A model generated the notes under the pieces. The model saw only the letters and a list, made by a program, of their open reading frames with translations, searched no databases and had not been told where the DNA came from. Below, piece by piece: positions 39,392 to 49,312 of a stretch of 56,139 nt of DNA (positions are counted from its first letter, which is position 1; each line of letters opens with the position of its first letter). This DNA comes from a virus (taxonomy: Duplodnaviria; Caudoviricetes). The stretch spans positions 1 to 56,139 of IMG/VR virus record IMGVR_UViG_3300029986_000023; one strand, 5' to 3'. The translations under genes were made by a program, and so were the position numbers.

Positions 39392-39736
39392 TTAGGAGTT
39401 AAGCGTCAAATCTTGTGCGTACCAAACAGAACCACTTACCTGTTGAGAAGCCGACAAGTTGAGGACGAAATTGGAGCCATCTGCGAGAACAAACGGGCAG
39501 TGATCGCACGAATCATGTTCCCATCCCATATTGGATGTGAAGTCCATCACGTCCATTATTTTTGTCGCTCCGTTGTACAGCGTGATGTTGTTGCTTACAT
39601 TGCAAAACAAGGTAATCCGATGGATACGGATCGTCTTTCCAGCAACGCCCGTGATGATGGTGTTGTTGCCAGACGTAGCAATCGAGATGTCCGCGCGGAT
39701 AATCTCGCCTTTGTGTCGAAGAAGTTCTTGGGACAT
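39392..39736 (-). CDS. Small beta-rich structural protein
   Basis: ADISIATSGNNTIITGVAG..FVLNLSA..QVSG; occupies the slot of 1938..2216. Confidence 0.6.
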   Translation of the reverse strand: MSQELLRHKGEIIRADISIATSGNNTIITGVAGKTIRIHRITLFCNVSNNITLYNGATKIMDVMDFTSNMGWEHDSCDHCPFVLADGSNFVLNLSASQQVSGSVWYAQDLTLNS

Positions 39737-39739
39737 ATT

Positions 39740-39934
39740 TTAGGATAAATCTCTCCGCTTGTTCCGTAAGTCAGTAACGTCGTTGATGAGGCTCTGATGT
39801 TCGTCGCGCAGTTTATTCACGTCCTTGATGAGTTTGGCGATCTCCGATTGAAGTTTCGCTTTCATTTGGGTCAAGGTTGCAAGTTGTTCCTGCTGCGCTT
39901 TTCGTAGGTCGCTCTTTTGAAAGAGCTTCATCAT
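39740..39934 (-). CDS. Short coiled-coil protein
   Basis: Short counterpart of 2200..2922. Confidence 0.6.
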   Translation of the reverse strand: MMKLFQKSDLRKAQQEQLATLTQMKAKLQSEIAKLIKDVNKLRDEHQSLINDVTDLRNKRRDLS

Positions 39935-40395
39935 ACGGCGGCTTCAGTTACGGGAGCGGGAGGAGTGTATTTAGGGCAGCCTTTTTTGTGTCGAACGCCC
40001 TTTGAATCGCATGTGTCGCAGAAAGGAGCTTTGCCCTTAATGCTGGAGCTTGGCTGATCTGGCTGCGGCAAGTGCGGAGGCACTGGCTTGTTCTTGTTCA
40101 AAAGCTCCGTGGTCATTTGGTTCTGGTCAACCTCCTCGGAATCATCTTGCTGGAAGATAATCTTGGCATAGATTTCAGCGCGCACAGGTACGCTATTCGT
40201 GCGAATCTGTTTCTCGGCATCTTTGACGCCAATGTTCATGTGGTTGATCTCGTCGTCGATCAGGTGCTTGGCAAAGTGTTCTGCCAACCAATCCTCCAAA
40301 AAGATTTCCTGGTGAGGTTTGAAGGTGTAACTGACGCTGTTCCACTGCCAGGTAAAGGTACGATCCGTGAAGTTCTTGAACAAGACGCTTTTCAT
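39931..40395 (-). CDS. Conserved head-module hypothetical protein with C-terminal CxxC..H...C
   Basis: Homologue of 2933..3553; FCDTCDSKGVRHKKGC. Confidence 0.7.
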   Translation of the reverse strand: MKSVLFKNFTDRTFTWQWNSVSYTFKPHQEIFLEDWLAEHFAKHLIDDEINHMNIGVKDAEKQIRTNSVPVRAEIYAKIIFQQDDSEEVDQNQMTTELLNKNKPVPPHLPQPDQPSSSIKGKAPFCDTCDSKGVRHKKGCPKYTPPAPVTEAAV

Positions 40396-40436
40396 AAGGG
40401 TTTGGCGGTGGATGAGTTCCGCTATTTGACATCCGA

Positions 40437-40461
40437 CGGGGCTGTTTTAGGCACAGCCCCG
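40437..40461. terminator. Intergenic hairpin after the decoration genes
   Basis: cggggctg-N9-cagccccg; no clear U-tract. Confidence 0.35.
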
Positions 40462-40477
40462 ATAAGCCTTTGAACAA

Positions 40478-41203
40478 TTAGATGTTCAAGAAAACCAAGT
40501 TGTACTTCGTTGTCACGCCCGTTTGAGCGGCCATGCCGATCTGAACGGTCGTCGCAGCCACCGTCATCACAGCACCAGCGGTGTTGGTTGAAGGGGAAAC
40601 GCCGAGGCCGACGGTCGTACCAGCATCGTTCAAGACAGCGATCAAACCTTTCGTCTGGAGGAAGCCGAAATCTGTCGCAGCGACAGGATAAAGAGCCACA
40701 CCAGCAACGGCGTTGGTTGCGGTCGTAGGATAGATGATGGTGTTCGCGTACAAGTTCGGCATCAAGCTGATGCGCGAGGTCGTGTCGAGCGTCGTGATCA
40801 CAGGATCTTCAATCGTGATGACCACCGTACCAGTCGTGGTGGACTGGGCCGTGTTGGTTTTCACGAAGAAGGTTTGACCAGCACCCGTGCCGTCGTTCAC
40901 GAAGCAATAGCCGTTCGCGTATTGACCGAGTGTCGAGGCGGTGCCGCCGAGCGTTGCGCTGATGGATTGACCACCAGTGACAGTGAACGGTGTGACGCAA
41001 ACCATGTTTTGGTGGTTGGCGACGACAGCCGCGCCTTGATAGACCTTACCTGGAACCCAGGCGGTCGCGCCGACTTGGGCGTAAACGAACTCGCGACCGT
41101 CCGTTGAACGGATACGATCACCGAGGTTCGCACCTTGTGTGGTGTTGTCCGAGAAGGCCAGATCAGGCGCGGTGACCATTCCTGGACAGAGTTTTGTAGC
41201 CAT
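40478..41203 (-). CDS. Putative decoration protein 2 (module B)
   Basis: Homologue of 3600..4355; start reassigned to MATKL. Confidence 0.6.
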   Translation of the reverse strand: MATKLCPGMVTAPDLAFSDNTTQGANLGDRIRSTDGREFVYAQVGATAWVPGKVYQGAAVVANHQNMVCVTPFTVTGGQSISATLGGTASTLGQYANGYCFVNDGTGAGQTFFVKTNTAQSTTTGTVVITIEDPVITTLDTTSRISLMPNLYANTIIYPTTATNAVAGVALYPVAATDFGFLQTKGLIAVLNDAGTTVGLGVSPSTNTAGAVMTVAATTVQIGMAAQTGVTTKYNLVFLNI

Positions 41204-41222
41204 AAAATAGGGCTTAGATGAT

Positions 41223-41804
41223 TTATGTAATCGGTGTGGCAAGCGTACCAGAGGCGGCGACCAAACCTGTTACGTTCCACACGGTCGCGGAGATGGCCGT
41301 GAACGTGAGCGTGGTCCCGATCAATCCACCCGTCGTTGAACCGTTCATCGAGAGGGTGTAGTTGCTCGTTCCGTTTGCGAAGAACGCTTTGGTAGTAGCC
41401 GATGCGCTGATAAGCGATTGAACCGCGCCTGAAAGAAAGATGCTTGACTGGACTGCTGTGACGCTGTGCGCGTTGGAGGTAACCGACACGCTCACAATGA
41501 ACGTGAAGATCATCCCCGCAACAGGCGTCGTCGGTAGCGTATACGCGATACCCGTCGCAGCATCCATCAAGAATACCTGACCGCTTTGGGCGGCCGTGAG
41601 CGCAACGGTCGCGCCACCAGAGGCGTTGACTGCGCCTGGAACACCGAGCACGCCGCCAATCGTCGTACCAGCGGGAAGCGTGGTCGCACCCGTAACAGCG
41701 AGCGTGCCCGTAACAGCGAGCGTGCCGCCGAGTACCACGTTCTTGTTCGTGTTGAGCCCCTGGTACTTCACCAGAGGCAAAGCATCTTCGAGTAACATCG
41801 ACAT
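41223..41804 (-). CDS. Putative decoration protein 1 (module B)
   Basis: Homologue of 4376..4963. Confidence 0.6.
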   Translation of the reverse strand: MSMLLEDALPLVKYQGLNTNKNVVLGGTLAVTGTLAVTGATTLPAGTTIGGVLGVPGAVNASGGATVALTAAQSGQVFLMDAATGIAYTLPTTPVAGMIFTFIVSVSVTSNAHSVTAVQSSIFLSGAVQSLISASATTKAFFANGTSNYTLSMNGSTTGGLIGTTLTFTAISATVWNVTGLVAASGTLATPIT

Positions 41805-41844
41805 AATCTTGTAGACCCTCCCCCGTAAACGGGGTCAAAGGTGA

Positions 41845-42468
41845 TTATTTTTTCTTAGAAGACCAGAATCGTTTAGAACGTAGTTCACTCACTCGTTTCG
41901 CCTGCCAGTCTTTCATTTCGGGACGATCCCAATGTTCGTGGCTATGCGTCGACTGAGTAAGCAGTTCAAGATTTTCTGGTCGATTATCGTCTTTGAATCC
42001 ATTGATGTGGTGAACAACCTCATGCTCTTCGAGCAATCTTCCAAGTTTTGTTTCCATCACAAGGCGATGTTCTCGAACATATCCATTCGCTAATGCGTTC
42101 GGATGATCTGGCTGTCTCACATAAACGTATCCATCTTTGCTTAAGACCTTTCCGCCTTTCCAAACATTGTTTCCGTTTCCAGTTCCATGATTGAGAGTCT
42201 GAATGACTTTCAAACGATGTTCCTCGGTTAGTTTCTTCCCAAGATGAGCCTGACGCAGCTTTTCTTTGGTTTCTATCGAATGATGATAACCAAGCCGTGA
42301 AAATGGAATCCCTTTAGTTGAGAACGGACGAGCCTTTACTCCGAGCTTTTTCAATCGGCGCGAGATTGACTTTGCGTCGCAGCCGAATTGCTTACCGAGG
42401 ACTGTCATTGACTTTCCTTCGGCGTATTCCTTGACGAGCTGATCTTCGTTGAGAGATGTGGGTTTCAT
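41845..42468 (-). CDS. HNH homing endonuclease (HTH + NUMOD3 + HNH)
   Basis: HHSIETKEKLRQAHLGKK, WKGG, EHRLVME..LGR.L...EVVHHING.KDDNRPENL. Confidence 0.92.
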   Translation of the reverse strand: MKPTSLNEDQLVKEYAEGKSMTVLGKQFGCDAKSISRRLKKLGVKARPFSTKGIPFSRLGYHHSIETKEKLRQAHLGKKLTEEHRLKVIQTLNHGTGNGNNVWKGGKVLSKDGYVYVRQPDHPNALANGYVREHRLVMETKLGRLLEEHEVVHHINGFKDDNRPENLELLTQSTHSHEHWDRPEMKDWQAKRVSELRSKRFWSSKKK

Positions 42469-42512
42469 AGGCCACTATATTCTCACTTCTGATCTACACC
42501 GTCAAGCAATTT

Positions 42513-43562
42513 TTACACACCTGTCACGCCTGTCAAAACGCCCTGGCGCAACGGGTTGTCGCAGCAGAGTTCGCCACCGAGGTAAATGTGACCGACGACA
42601 GCAGCGGCATCCGAAGGCTTGATCCAGCCGCTCCATGAGAAGCCGAGGCCCAGCACGTTCGAGTAATCGTTGCCTTCGATGTCAACGGACTTGTACTTAA
42701 TGGCTTCCGTCATCGCCATCGGGAGCGCGCGCCACTCAATGAAGTTTTCGTTCAAGAAGTAGAGGTTGCCGACCGTACACTTTTCATCAGCCAAGATCGC
42801 GAAGCCCTTATAGTCCAAGCCAGTGAAGCCTGTACCACCGATGAAGCCCGACTGGGAGTTCAAGCCCTTGTTGTCGTTCTTCATGTTAGCTGGCGTCTTG
42901 TTGATGCGTTCTTGCGGCTGGAGAAGCTGTTCGTACAAAGCCCAGGTCGCGGGATCGGTCACACCGACAGTCGGCTTGATCGTGCCAGAGGTCACGGCGT
43001 TGTAGAGCGTCGCCATTTTCGGCAAGGACAGTGTGCCGCCCGAAGCCGTTTTGGTTGCTTTGATGGTTGGGAAAGTCGTGCGGGACAATCCACCGAACGT
43101 CGCAACGGAAGTACCGTCATCGACGATCGCAGCGAGACCCAAAGGATCTTTGTTTCCGTTGCCCGTGCCATCGAGATAGAACAAGCCACCGACCGAATCG
43201 GCCATGTCTTGTGCGGCACCCTTCACTTCGATCGCAGCGAGGTCGATGATCTGATCATCCGTCGCGTTGGCGGACAATTCATCAAGCGGCAAGGCGACCG
43301 AGATTTGATAGAAAGCAGGATCGAAGGCCAAGAGCTGGCGGTTGTTCGTGGCGGACGTGGAGAACGTATCCATGCCTGCGAACGAGGTTCCCGTGCTGTT
43401 CTTAGAGACTTTCACTGGGTACTTCATTTGGTTACCGCTCCACTTTTTCGCGCGCGATACAGTGCGTGTGAAGAACACGTTGCTTTTAAGCACAGTGTCA
43501 ACCACGAAAGGCATCAGCTTGAAACGTGTGGTAGTGGTAACTCGATTGCCTAATGTAGCCAT
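42513..43562 (-). CDS. Major capsid protein (module B, 349 aa)
   Basis: DGTGNGNKDPLGLAAIVDDG..VATFGGLSR.TFP; follows the scaffold. Confidence 0.85.
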   Translation of the reverse strand: MATLGNRVTTTTRFKLMPFVVDTVLKSNVFFTRTVSRAKKWSGNQMKYPVKVSKNSTGTSFAGMDTFSTSATNNRQLLAFDPAFYQISVALPLDELSANATDDQIIDLAAIEVKGAAQDMADSVGGLFYLDGTGNGNKDPLGLAAIVDDGTSVATFGGLSRTTFPTIKATKTASGGTLSLPKMATLYNAVTSGTIKPTVGVTDPATWALYEQLLQPQERINKTPANMKNDNKGLNSQSGFIGGTGFTGLDYKGFAILADEKCTVGNLYFLNENFIEWRALPMAMTEAIKYKSVDIEGNDYSNVLGLGFSWSGWIKPSDAAAVVGHIYLGGELCCDNPLRQGVLTGVTGV

Positions 43563-43580
43563 AGAGTTGAATGAGTGAGA

Positions 43581-44360
43581 TTAAAACAGGTCGGTTACGT
43601 CTTTTCCTGCGAAGTCCGCAGCGGTCATGTAGTCTTTTTCACCGCTTCCATCACCGCCGCTGTGCGAGGGTGACAGTGAATTGGCGAAGGACTTGCGCGC
43701 ACCCATGCGGGCTGCGTTGGAATTGCCGTTGATTTTTTCCATCAGCGTCAGACCCTTGGCCAGATCGTAGTTTCCGTCTTGATCCATGACTGGATTTTCG
43801 AGCATAAACTTCGCGAGTTCCTGGCGTTGCTCTGGGGTTTTGATACGCCCGCTTTCTTCAAGCGCGGCATACTGATCGTCGATGAAATCATTAGCTTCTT
43901 CAGTTGCTCGCTGCTCCGCAAGTCGTGGAGCCTCTTGTTCGCGAACCAATTCTTCCTTCACGCGCTGACGTTCAGACGCTTGATGGGCTTGGTATGCGTC
44001 CCAAGCGGCCTTGTCGCCTCCAAACCATGCTGGCACCGCCTGATCAGTGCTGGCGGCTGGTGCGGCGGCTTGCGTAGCTTTACGCTCCTGCTCTTCCTTG
44101 AAGGCAAGAAGTTCTTCGTTCTGGCGTAACAGTTCGCGATTGCGGCGCGCAACTTCGCGCAAGCGACCAACTGGTACTTTGTGCGATTCCGCACTCTTAG
44201 GATCAGTGACTTCGCCAGGAGTATTCTCGCCCTCCTGCGATGGCTCGTCTTCCTCTGATTCTTTGTCCGCTAGCGGGGCGGGAGGAGTTGTCATCTCCTC
44301 TGTCTGCTCGACAAACGGATCTTCACCGTCGGTCGGCAGGCTCGCTAAAAAGTCTGACAC
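43581..44360 (-). CDS. Scaffolding protein (module B)
   Basis: Acidic N-terminus, VP..RLREV, coiled coil, upstream of the MCP. Confidence 0.7.
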   Translation of the reverse strand: MSDFLASLPTDGEDPFVEQTEEMTTPPAPLADKESEEDEPSQEGENTPGEVTDPKSAESHKVPVGRLREVARRNRELLRQNEELLAFKEEQERKATQAAAPAASTDQAVPAWFGGDKAAWDAYQAHQASERQRVKEELVREQEAPRLAEQRATEEANDFIDDQYAALEESGRIKTPEQRQELAKFMLENPVMDQDGNYDLAKGLTLMEKINGNSNAARMGARKSFANSLSPSHSGGDGSGEKDYMTAADFAGKDVTDLF

Positions 44361-44388
44361 AAGGTTTTTGGTTTAATTGTGAATGAAA

Positions 44389-44523
44389 TTACTTACCTGG
44401 CATCGGCTGTGGCGCGGCGGCGGCAGCCTTCAACGCGTCGGCTTGATAGCCCAGTTTCGACTTTTTCTTTTTCTTCATCGGCATCTTTCCTTTCGGCATA
44501 GCTGCGGGCGGGGGAAAAGGCAT
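44389..44523 (-). CDS. 44-aa Lys/Pro-rich peptide (not in ORF track)
   Basis: MPFPPPAAMPKGKMPMKKKKKSKLGYQADALK..., fills the portal-scaffold gap. Confidence 0.45.
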   Translation of the reverse strand: MPFPPPAAMPKGKMPMKKKKKSKLGYQADALKAAAAAPQPMPGK

Positions 44524-44528
44524 ACATC

Positions 44529-46415
44529 TTAGGCTAAGGGGTTATTAGAGGCTCCGAGCGCAGGCATCGGGCCTGCTGGAGGTGCTGGGGCTTGTTGCGG
44601 TGGCGGTAGACCCGCTGGGGAACCAGGCGGCGCACCAGGGACACCAGGCGGTGCTGGCGGCGCGGCTGGCCCACCCGCAGGTGATACCTGACCAGAATCA
44701 TCTGGCTTCTGTGGCTGATTCAATTCTGGGAAGAGCGAAGCAGGATTTGATTTCCACAGATACAAGTTCTTCGCGGCCTCGCGTGGGTTCGGGTAATCGA
44801 GGCGTTCAAACAGCGTGATAGGATCGAGCGCACCAGCCGAGAACAATTCCACGGCTTCGTTGCGGCGCGACATCGGATCTTGCGGGATCATCGAACCTTC
44901 CTTGATCGTGACGCGGATGCGGCGGTTCAGATCCGACTTCTTCAGCTCGACGTACTCGACGGCGTTTTCCTTCCCGATGATCGAAGCAGTGTGATCCTCG
45001 GAGTAGTAGACGTAGAAGAGTTGAACCCACCAGTTGTAAATGTTGTCGGCTGCCTGTTCGATGAAGGCTGTGACACCCCCACCGATTCGATCCAATTCCT
45101 GCGAGCGCGCGGCTGCTTGACCCTTCTGCGTCTTGGAATCGCCTTGAGCAGCTTGACCACCCGACAAGACTTTCGTTCCAAATATGCCTTTGAGTTCGTT
45201 GCGATAGTCCAGGAGTGTTTGATAGACCATCGGAGCCAACTCTGGGGCTGCTAGGCGTGCGATGGCTTTATTCACGTCACCGCTTGGAACCCAGATCGTG
45301 TTGCCCTTGCGGACGGCTCCAGCGACGCTGTATGCCTGCTCCTTGGTGAACACGTCGCCCGACACTGCCAAACCATTGTTGGTATTCTGCGCGTTCTTGC
45401 GGATCTGTTTGTTCAGTTCGTTGATGTTCTTTTGGTTTGGAATCGCTTGCTCGAACATGTTCGTATCGTCCACTGGATGCTTGCCCAAGTTGAAGACCGA
45501 CAGGAAGATGAACGGCATTTTGCGCTGCTGGAAGTGGTTCAACCCACGGCGCAAGGCTTTCGGACTGACACCTGGAATGTTCGGATCAGGCGGGATGTCG
45601 TAGTTCCAGTGAGGATTGCGGCCTTTGGAAAGGACTTTCTTCTTCAACGTCGAGAACGTCATGTCGGGCGTCCACCACTCGATGAAGCCGATCTCAGTTG
45701 CATCGTTGTCCTTTGATTCCGTGTCGATTTCCTTGGCCATCGACTTGAACATGCGCTTCATGTCGCCTGCCGTTTCCTTGCGGTGAATGCCGAGGTACCC
45801 GCCCGTGTACTCGCCTTTCTCGTCGATCGTGGCATCAGGGTCGAGGATCATCACCTGTGGACGTTTGACGACCGTCTTGATGTCGTCCGACTGCTCTGAC
45901 CAACCGACCTGCACCACACCGAGGAAGTACATAGCCCAGTAGCGCGTGAGACGCGACAGGCTGATTTTGAGCGACTGACGATCGGCCTGGAAGCGGAGGA
46001 ACTGGGCCACCTTGTCCGCGAGATCAATGCCGTCAGGCGTGTTGTCCGTCGTCACGACTGGATCAGGATTGCGCGCCGATGAGAACGGGATGAAGGTTTC
46101 GAGAGCTTCCCAAAGCGTGTTGTCCGCCATTGGATCGTTCTTCACCATGTCGTCGATGTTGTTGTTGAACGCCTTGCCCAACCAGTATTCATCCGAGGCT
46201 TTGCGACGCTTCTGAAGGCCAGAATCAAAATCCTTCCAGCGATCCTCCCAAGTTTTCGCTGATTTCAAAAGATCAGCGTCATTGGTGTCTGTTTGTAATT
46301 CAGGAAGAGAAGGCGTGAGTGGGCCTTCCATCGTTTCCAGTTTTTCGGGATTCTCAACCTTGTTGATATCTTGGCCAAGGGAGAAGAATCCATCGAGTAA
46401 ATCAGGAGAACCCAT
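44529..46415 (-). CDS. Portal protein (module B)
   Basis: Homologue of 7231..9120, including the Pro-rich tail. Confidence 0.85.
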   Translation of the reverse strand: MGSPDLLDGFFSLGQDINKVENPEKLETMEGPLTPSLPELQTDTNDADLLKSAKTWEDRWKDFDSGLQKRRKASDEYWLGKAFNNNIDDMVKNDPMADNTLWEALETFIPFSSARNPDPVVTTDNTPDGIDLADKVAQFLRFQADRQSLKISLSRLTRYWAMYFLGVVQVGWSEQSDDIKTVVKRPQVMILDPDATIDEKGEYTGGYLGIHRKETAGDMKRMFKSMAKEIDTESKDNDATEIGFIEWWTPDMTFSTLKKKVLSKGRNPHWNYDIPPDPNIPGVSPKALRRGLNHFQQRKMPFIFLSVFNLGKHPVDDTNMFEQAIPNQKNINELNKQIRKNAQNTNNGLAVSGDVFTKEQAYSVAGAVRKGNTIWVPSGDVNKAIARLAAPELAPMVYQTLLDYRNELKGIFGTKVLSGGQAAQGDSKTQKGQAAARSQELDRIGGGVTAFIEQAADNIYNWWVQLFYVYYSEDHTASIIGKENAVEYVELKKSDLNRRIRVTIKEGSMIPQDPMSRRNEAVELFSAGALDPITLFERLDYPNPREAAKNLYLWKSNPASLFPELNQPQKPDDSGQVSPAGGPAAPPAPPGVPGAPPGSPAGLPPPQQAPAPPAGPMPALGASNNPLA

Positions 46416-46417
46416 AC

Positions 46418-46462
46418 AAAAAGGCGAGACACCAAAGAATAAATTCTTGAAGGTATCCCGCC
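46418..46462 (-). terminator. Terminator-like hairpin plus U-tract before the portal ATG
   Basis: Minus strand GGCGGGATACC..GGTGTCTCGCC-TTTTT-GT-ATG. Confidence 0.6.
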
Positions 46463-46479
46463 GCTGTATAGGTAGGGAA

Positions 46480-46686
46480 TCAGGAGCAACCGAGTACGGC
46501 TAAGTTGTCTTTACGTTCCAATTTCTTGATACAACCCGCGCTATCATAGTGGATTGTAACACTTCCTTCCGCTATGTCAAAAGCACCCGAAGCAATCAAG
46601 ATGTTTGCCAGGTCAATGTACCGCTGGATCTTGGTGTCAGCCGATACGATCTGGATTGAAAGCAGGGTGGGTGGCATATCAATCAT
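46480..46686 (-). CDS. Small conserved protein between TerL and portal
   Basis: Homologue of 9196..9375. Confidence 0.6.
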   Translation of the reverse strand: MIDMPPTLLSIQIVSADTKIQRYIDLANILIASGAFDIAEGSVTIHYDSAGCIKKLERKDNLAVLGCS

Positions 46687-48355
46687 CGGTTACCTCGTCC
46701 TCGTCTGGAAACGCTGGCGATGGCGCGTGCGTCTTGCCGAAGATGAGCGATGGCGACGGTCGAAGCTCGGTTGAGTCCTCGCCTGATGACATGAACGAGG
46801 CTTGACCCTTCTGCCCGTATTTCTCCATGCCGACGCGCCACAGCACCGTTGCGTGCGCCCAGTGATCCATGCCGTTTGAAGAGAGCCACTGGAAGATGTC
46901 GTTGGCCCGCGAATCCTTGCCGTTGACCTTGTAGAGCGTGCGCCAGTGTTTGATGTAATCCTCCCAATCCATCAGGTTGCCTTGAAGCGGGATGCGGCGC
47001 GTCAGGAACTCGTCAATCACTAACTGGATCATCGGGTTACGATCCGAGGCCACGGAGCCGAAGTCTTGTTTCTCACCCCATTTTATAAGATTGAAGTTCT
47101 TCTTGTCGCGTGCGTAGTGGTTCAGAAACACTCGACCAGGGAACTTCTCACGCAACTCGCGCGGCCCTGTGATGTCAGGGGCACCATCGACGATCAGAAC
47201 AGCAGTTGAATCGTTGCGAAGATATTGCTCGATCGTCTTCCAGCTTTCCGTCACGCCGTAGAAGTAAAGTCCCTCGGAGTTGCCCATGACGTAGTGCTTC
47301 TTGACGCCACTATCGCAGCCGATGATTGTTCCCTTCTGCGAGTTGACCTGGAGCGTCATGTTGCGCGTGAAGATGTCGTCGCTGATCGACGAACCATCCA
47401 CAGCGTATGGCAGACCGAGAACCGATCCCCAAAAGTATTCGTGTCCCTTGGTGTTGAAGTATCCCAGGATCTCGCGTGCCGTGACCCAGGGAGCCATCAT
47501 CAGGCTCATGTGGTAGCCAGACCATTCACCAACAGCTGTGGGCTTCCAGACGCCAACCCGACGTGTCTCACGGGTGATCTCGGCGTCACAACCGAGACAT
47601 TGGTAACACTCGCGCACCTTGTCGATGGATTCAGGCCAGCGAAGATACTGCTCCTCACCACACTCGGGGCAGGTGATGAACCATTCTTTCTTGTCCGAGA
47701 GTTCCCACGCAACGGAGCCAGCCGCACCCATGTTGCGAGGGTTGGTGAACTGCCACTTGCCTTTGTACTTGGACTGCTGAAGGCGTGAGTCCAGCTTCTC
47801 GATGTTCTCCTGGCTCGACGCGTCGAGTTCGTCGTTGACGTTCAGATCCGACGTGGTGATGAGCGTGTCGGCCAGCGTGTTGGTTCCCTGGTAGTTGACC
47901 ATGTTATCCCCAACCTGCTTCTGTTCGAGCGTGTCTGATGTTTTGATGTACTTCTGAAGCTCTGGGTTGTTTTCGATGATGCGGTTGACCTTGGAGCGAA
48001 CGAAGCCGTACATCGCATCCATCGTCGGCAGTGTGTAGATGATCTCAAACCTTTTATACTTTGCGGCCCACAGAGTCTTGATGATCATCAGCGTTGAGAA
48101 GCCGAGCTGCGCTGCCTTCAGCACGATCTGAAGCGACGACCAATCATCAGCGATATCAAAAAGAAAAAGATGGTCGCGCCAATCGAGCGATTCACCTTTC
48201 TCGTTCTTCACGTTGTAGAGATCAAGCCAAATGGAAAACTCCAACGTCGTCAGGTCGATGAGATCCTGCTTAGTTGGACTTGACGTATTTTGTTCGGACG
48301 TTGGTTTTGATCCCATGTGAGAGGAGAGCCAATTCTTCCAAACGAGCCTGATCAA
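46679..48355 (-). CDS. terL: Terminase large subunit (gpA-like), module B
   Basis: KAAQLGFST, NVNDELD, CPEC..CLGC, GCDSG, DHWAHA; true start may be 48316. Confidence 0.9.
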   Translation of the reverse strand: MIRLVWKNWLSSHMGSKPTSEQNTSSPTKQDLIDLTTLEFSIWLDLYNVKNEKGESLDWRDHLFLFDIADDWSSLQIVLKAAQLGFSTLMIIKTLWAAKYKRFEIIYTLPTMDAMYGFVRSKVNRIIENNPELQKYIKTSDTLEQKQVGDNMVNYQGTNTLADTLITTSDLNVNDELDASSQENIEKLDSRLQQSKYKGKWQFTNPRNMGAAGSVAWELSDKKEWFITCPECGEEQYLRWPESIDKVRECYQCLGCDAEITRETRRVGVWKPTAVGEWSGYHMSLMMAPWVTAREILGYFNTKGHEYFWGSVLGLPYAVDGSSISDDIFTRNMTLQVNSQKGTIIGCDSGVKKHYVMGNSEGLYFYGVTESWKTIEQYLRNDSTAVLIVDGAPDITGPRELREKFPGRVFLNHYARDKKNFNLIKWGEKQDFGSVASDRNPMIQLVIDEFLTRRIPLQGNLMDWEDYIKHWRTLYKVNGKDSRANDIFQWLSSNGMDHWAHATVLWRVGMEKYGQKGQASFMSSGEDSTELRPSPSLIFGKTHAPSPAFPDEDEVTDD

Positions 48356-48683
48356 TGTTCACTTGAAGCACTTCAGCCTTAATGGGCGCGTATGTCCCAT
48401 GAACCTTGAAAGTCATGTCAGCAGCCGTCAAACGATCTCGCGCTTTCTCTTCCACATTGGTAAGGATCTCGCTCACAACTCCCTTGGCAGTTTCAGGATC
48501 GAAGCCAAGTATTCTCATTTCCTCTTGGACGCCTTTTGCGGCTATCACACGGCCAGGTGTTGCTTTCGCTGTCGTTTCGTCGTAGCCAGCTGAAACCAGC
48601 ATTGTGTCTAACCTGTCGTAATCCCCATTAGACACTGCCTCGACGAGTTTCTTAGCAAGCCGTTTCTGTCGCAAAGTGGCCAT
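48270..48683 (-). CDS. Probable terminase small subunit (module B; not visibly related to A's)
   Basis: Directly upstream of TerL; T.RQKR....AGY...TA..P, DRL.AADM.FKVHGTYAP. Confidence 0.6.
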   Translation of the reverse strand: MATLRQKRLAKKLVEAVSNGDYDRLDTMLVSAGYDETTAKATPGRVIAAKGVQEEMRILGFDPETAKGVVSEILTNVEEKARDRLTAADMTFKVHGTYAPIKAEVLQVNIDQARLEELALLSHGIKTNVRTKYVKSN

Positions 48684-48689
48684 ATCTCA

Positions 48690-49010
48690 TCATAATAGCT
48701 CGTTACCCTCCTGTTTAGCCAGTTTCGTTGCGAATGGATCGGTGGGAGATCCGTAAACCTTCTCAAACAATCCGTCGGTGTTGCGTTGGAGTAAATCCTG
48801 CCAGTGCCAGTAACGCTGCTCGAATATCTGACGATCAACCTCGGCGGTTCGATAGCTCTGATGTGGTGTCCAGCCCTTACACTTCCAACAAGTAGCGTTG
48901 CCTGCACGAAAGAACCAGTTGTCGGGATTCATGCGTACCCGATCTGGGATGACTGGCAGTCGTCCTTGCCAGGAGTGATCTTTGTGGCAGACGTAGCAGC
49001 GGACGCGCAT
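48690..49010 (-). CDS. Zn-finger hypothetical protein
   Basis: CYVC, CWKC. Confidence 0.6.
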   Translation of the reverse strand: MRVRCYVCHKDHSWQGRLPVIPDRVRMNPDNWFFRAGNATCWKCKGWTPHQSYRTAEVDRQIFEQRYWHWQDLLQRNTDGLFEKVYGSPTDPFATKLAKQEGNELL

Positions 49011-49013
49011 AGG

Positions 49014-49307
49014 CTATTTGGTTTTCCATTCACCGTTCCAGGTTTCGTCGAAGCCGCCAATCTTTTCTGCCGAACCGATCAATTCTCTCAACGAGGCCTG
49101 GATCACTTCTTCGAGGCGTTCCACATCGTCTTGCCGCATCGTCATCGCCCAGGTGTAGATCTTCGGGATCACTGAACCAGGTTCAAACTCTGTCGGCTGC
49201 TCTTTCAACTTGCCAGCGATTTTATACACAACTGCCTCGGAATCTGGTAATGGAATTGGGCCTTCGAGGTAAATGCCTGGAACGTACATTTCGCCAAAGT
49301 GGGCCAT
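49014..49307 (-). CDS. Hypothetical protein
   Basis: Packed ATG ORF. Confidence 0.6.
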   Translation of the reverse strand: MAHFGEMYVPGIYLEGPIPLPDSEAVVYKIAGKLKEQPTEFEPGSVIPKIYTWAMTMRQDDVERLEEVIQASLRELIGSAEKIGGFDETWNGEWKTK

Positions 49308-49312
49308 AGAGA

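Noticed and set aside
40897-41838. 313-aa ORF, plus other long antisense or alternate-frame ORFs (e.g. 42912..43553, 47225..47788, 4797..5294)
   Set aside because: Shadows of the conserved structural genes in GC-richer DNA; not conserved between modules.
41805-42512. Group I intron in the capsid gene
   Set aside because: MCP-B ends colinearly with MCP-A, and the flanks (~40 nt) are too short for a ribozyme core.
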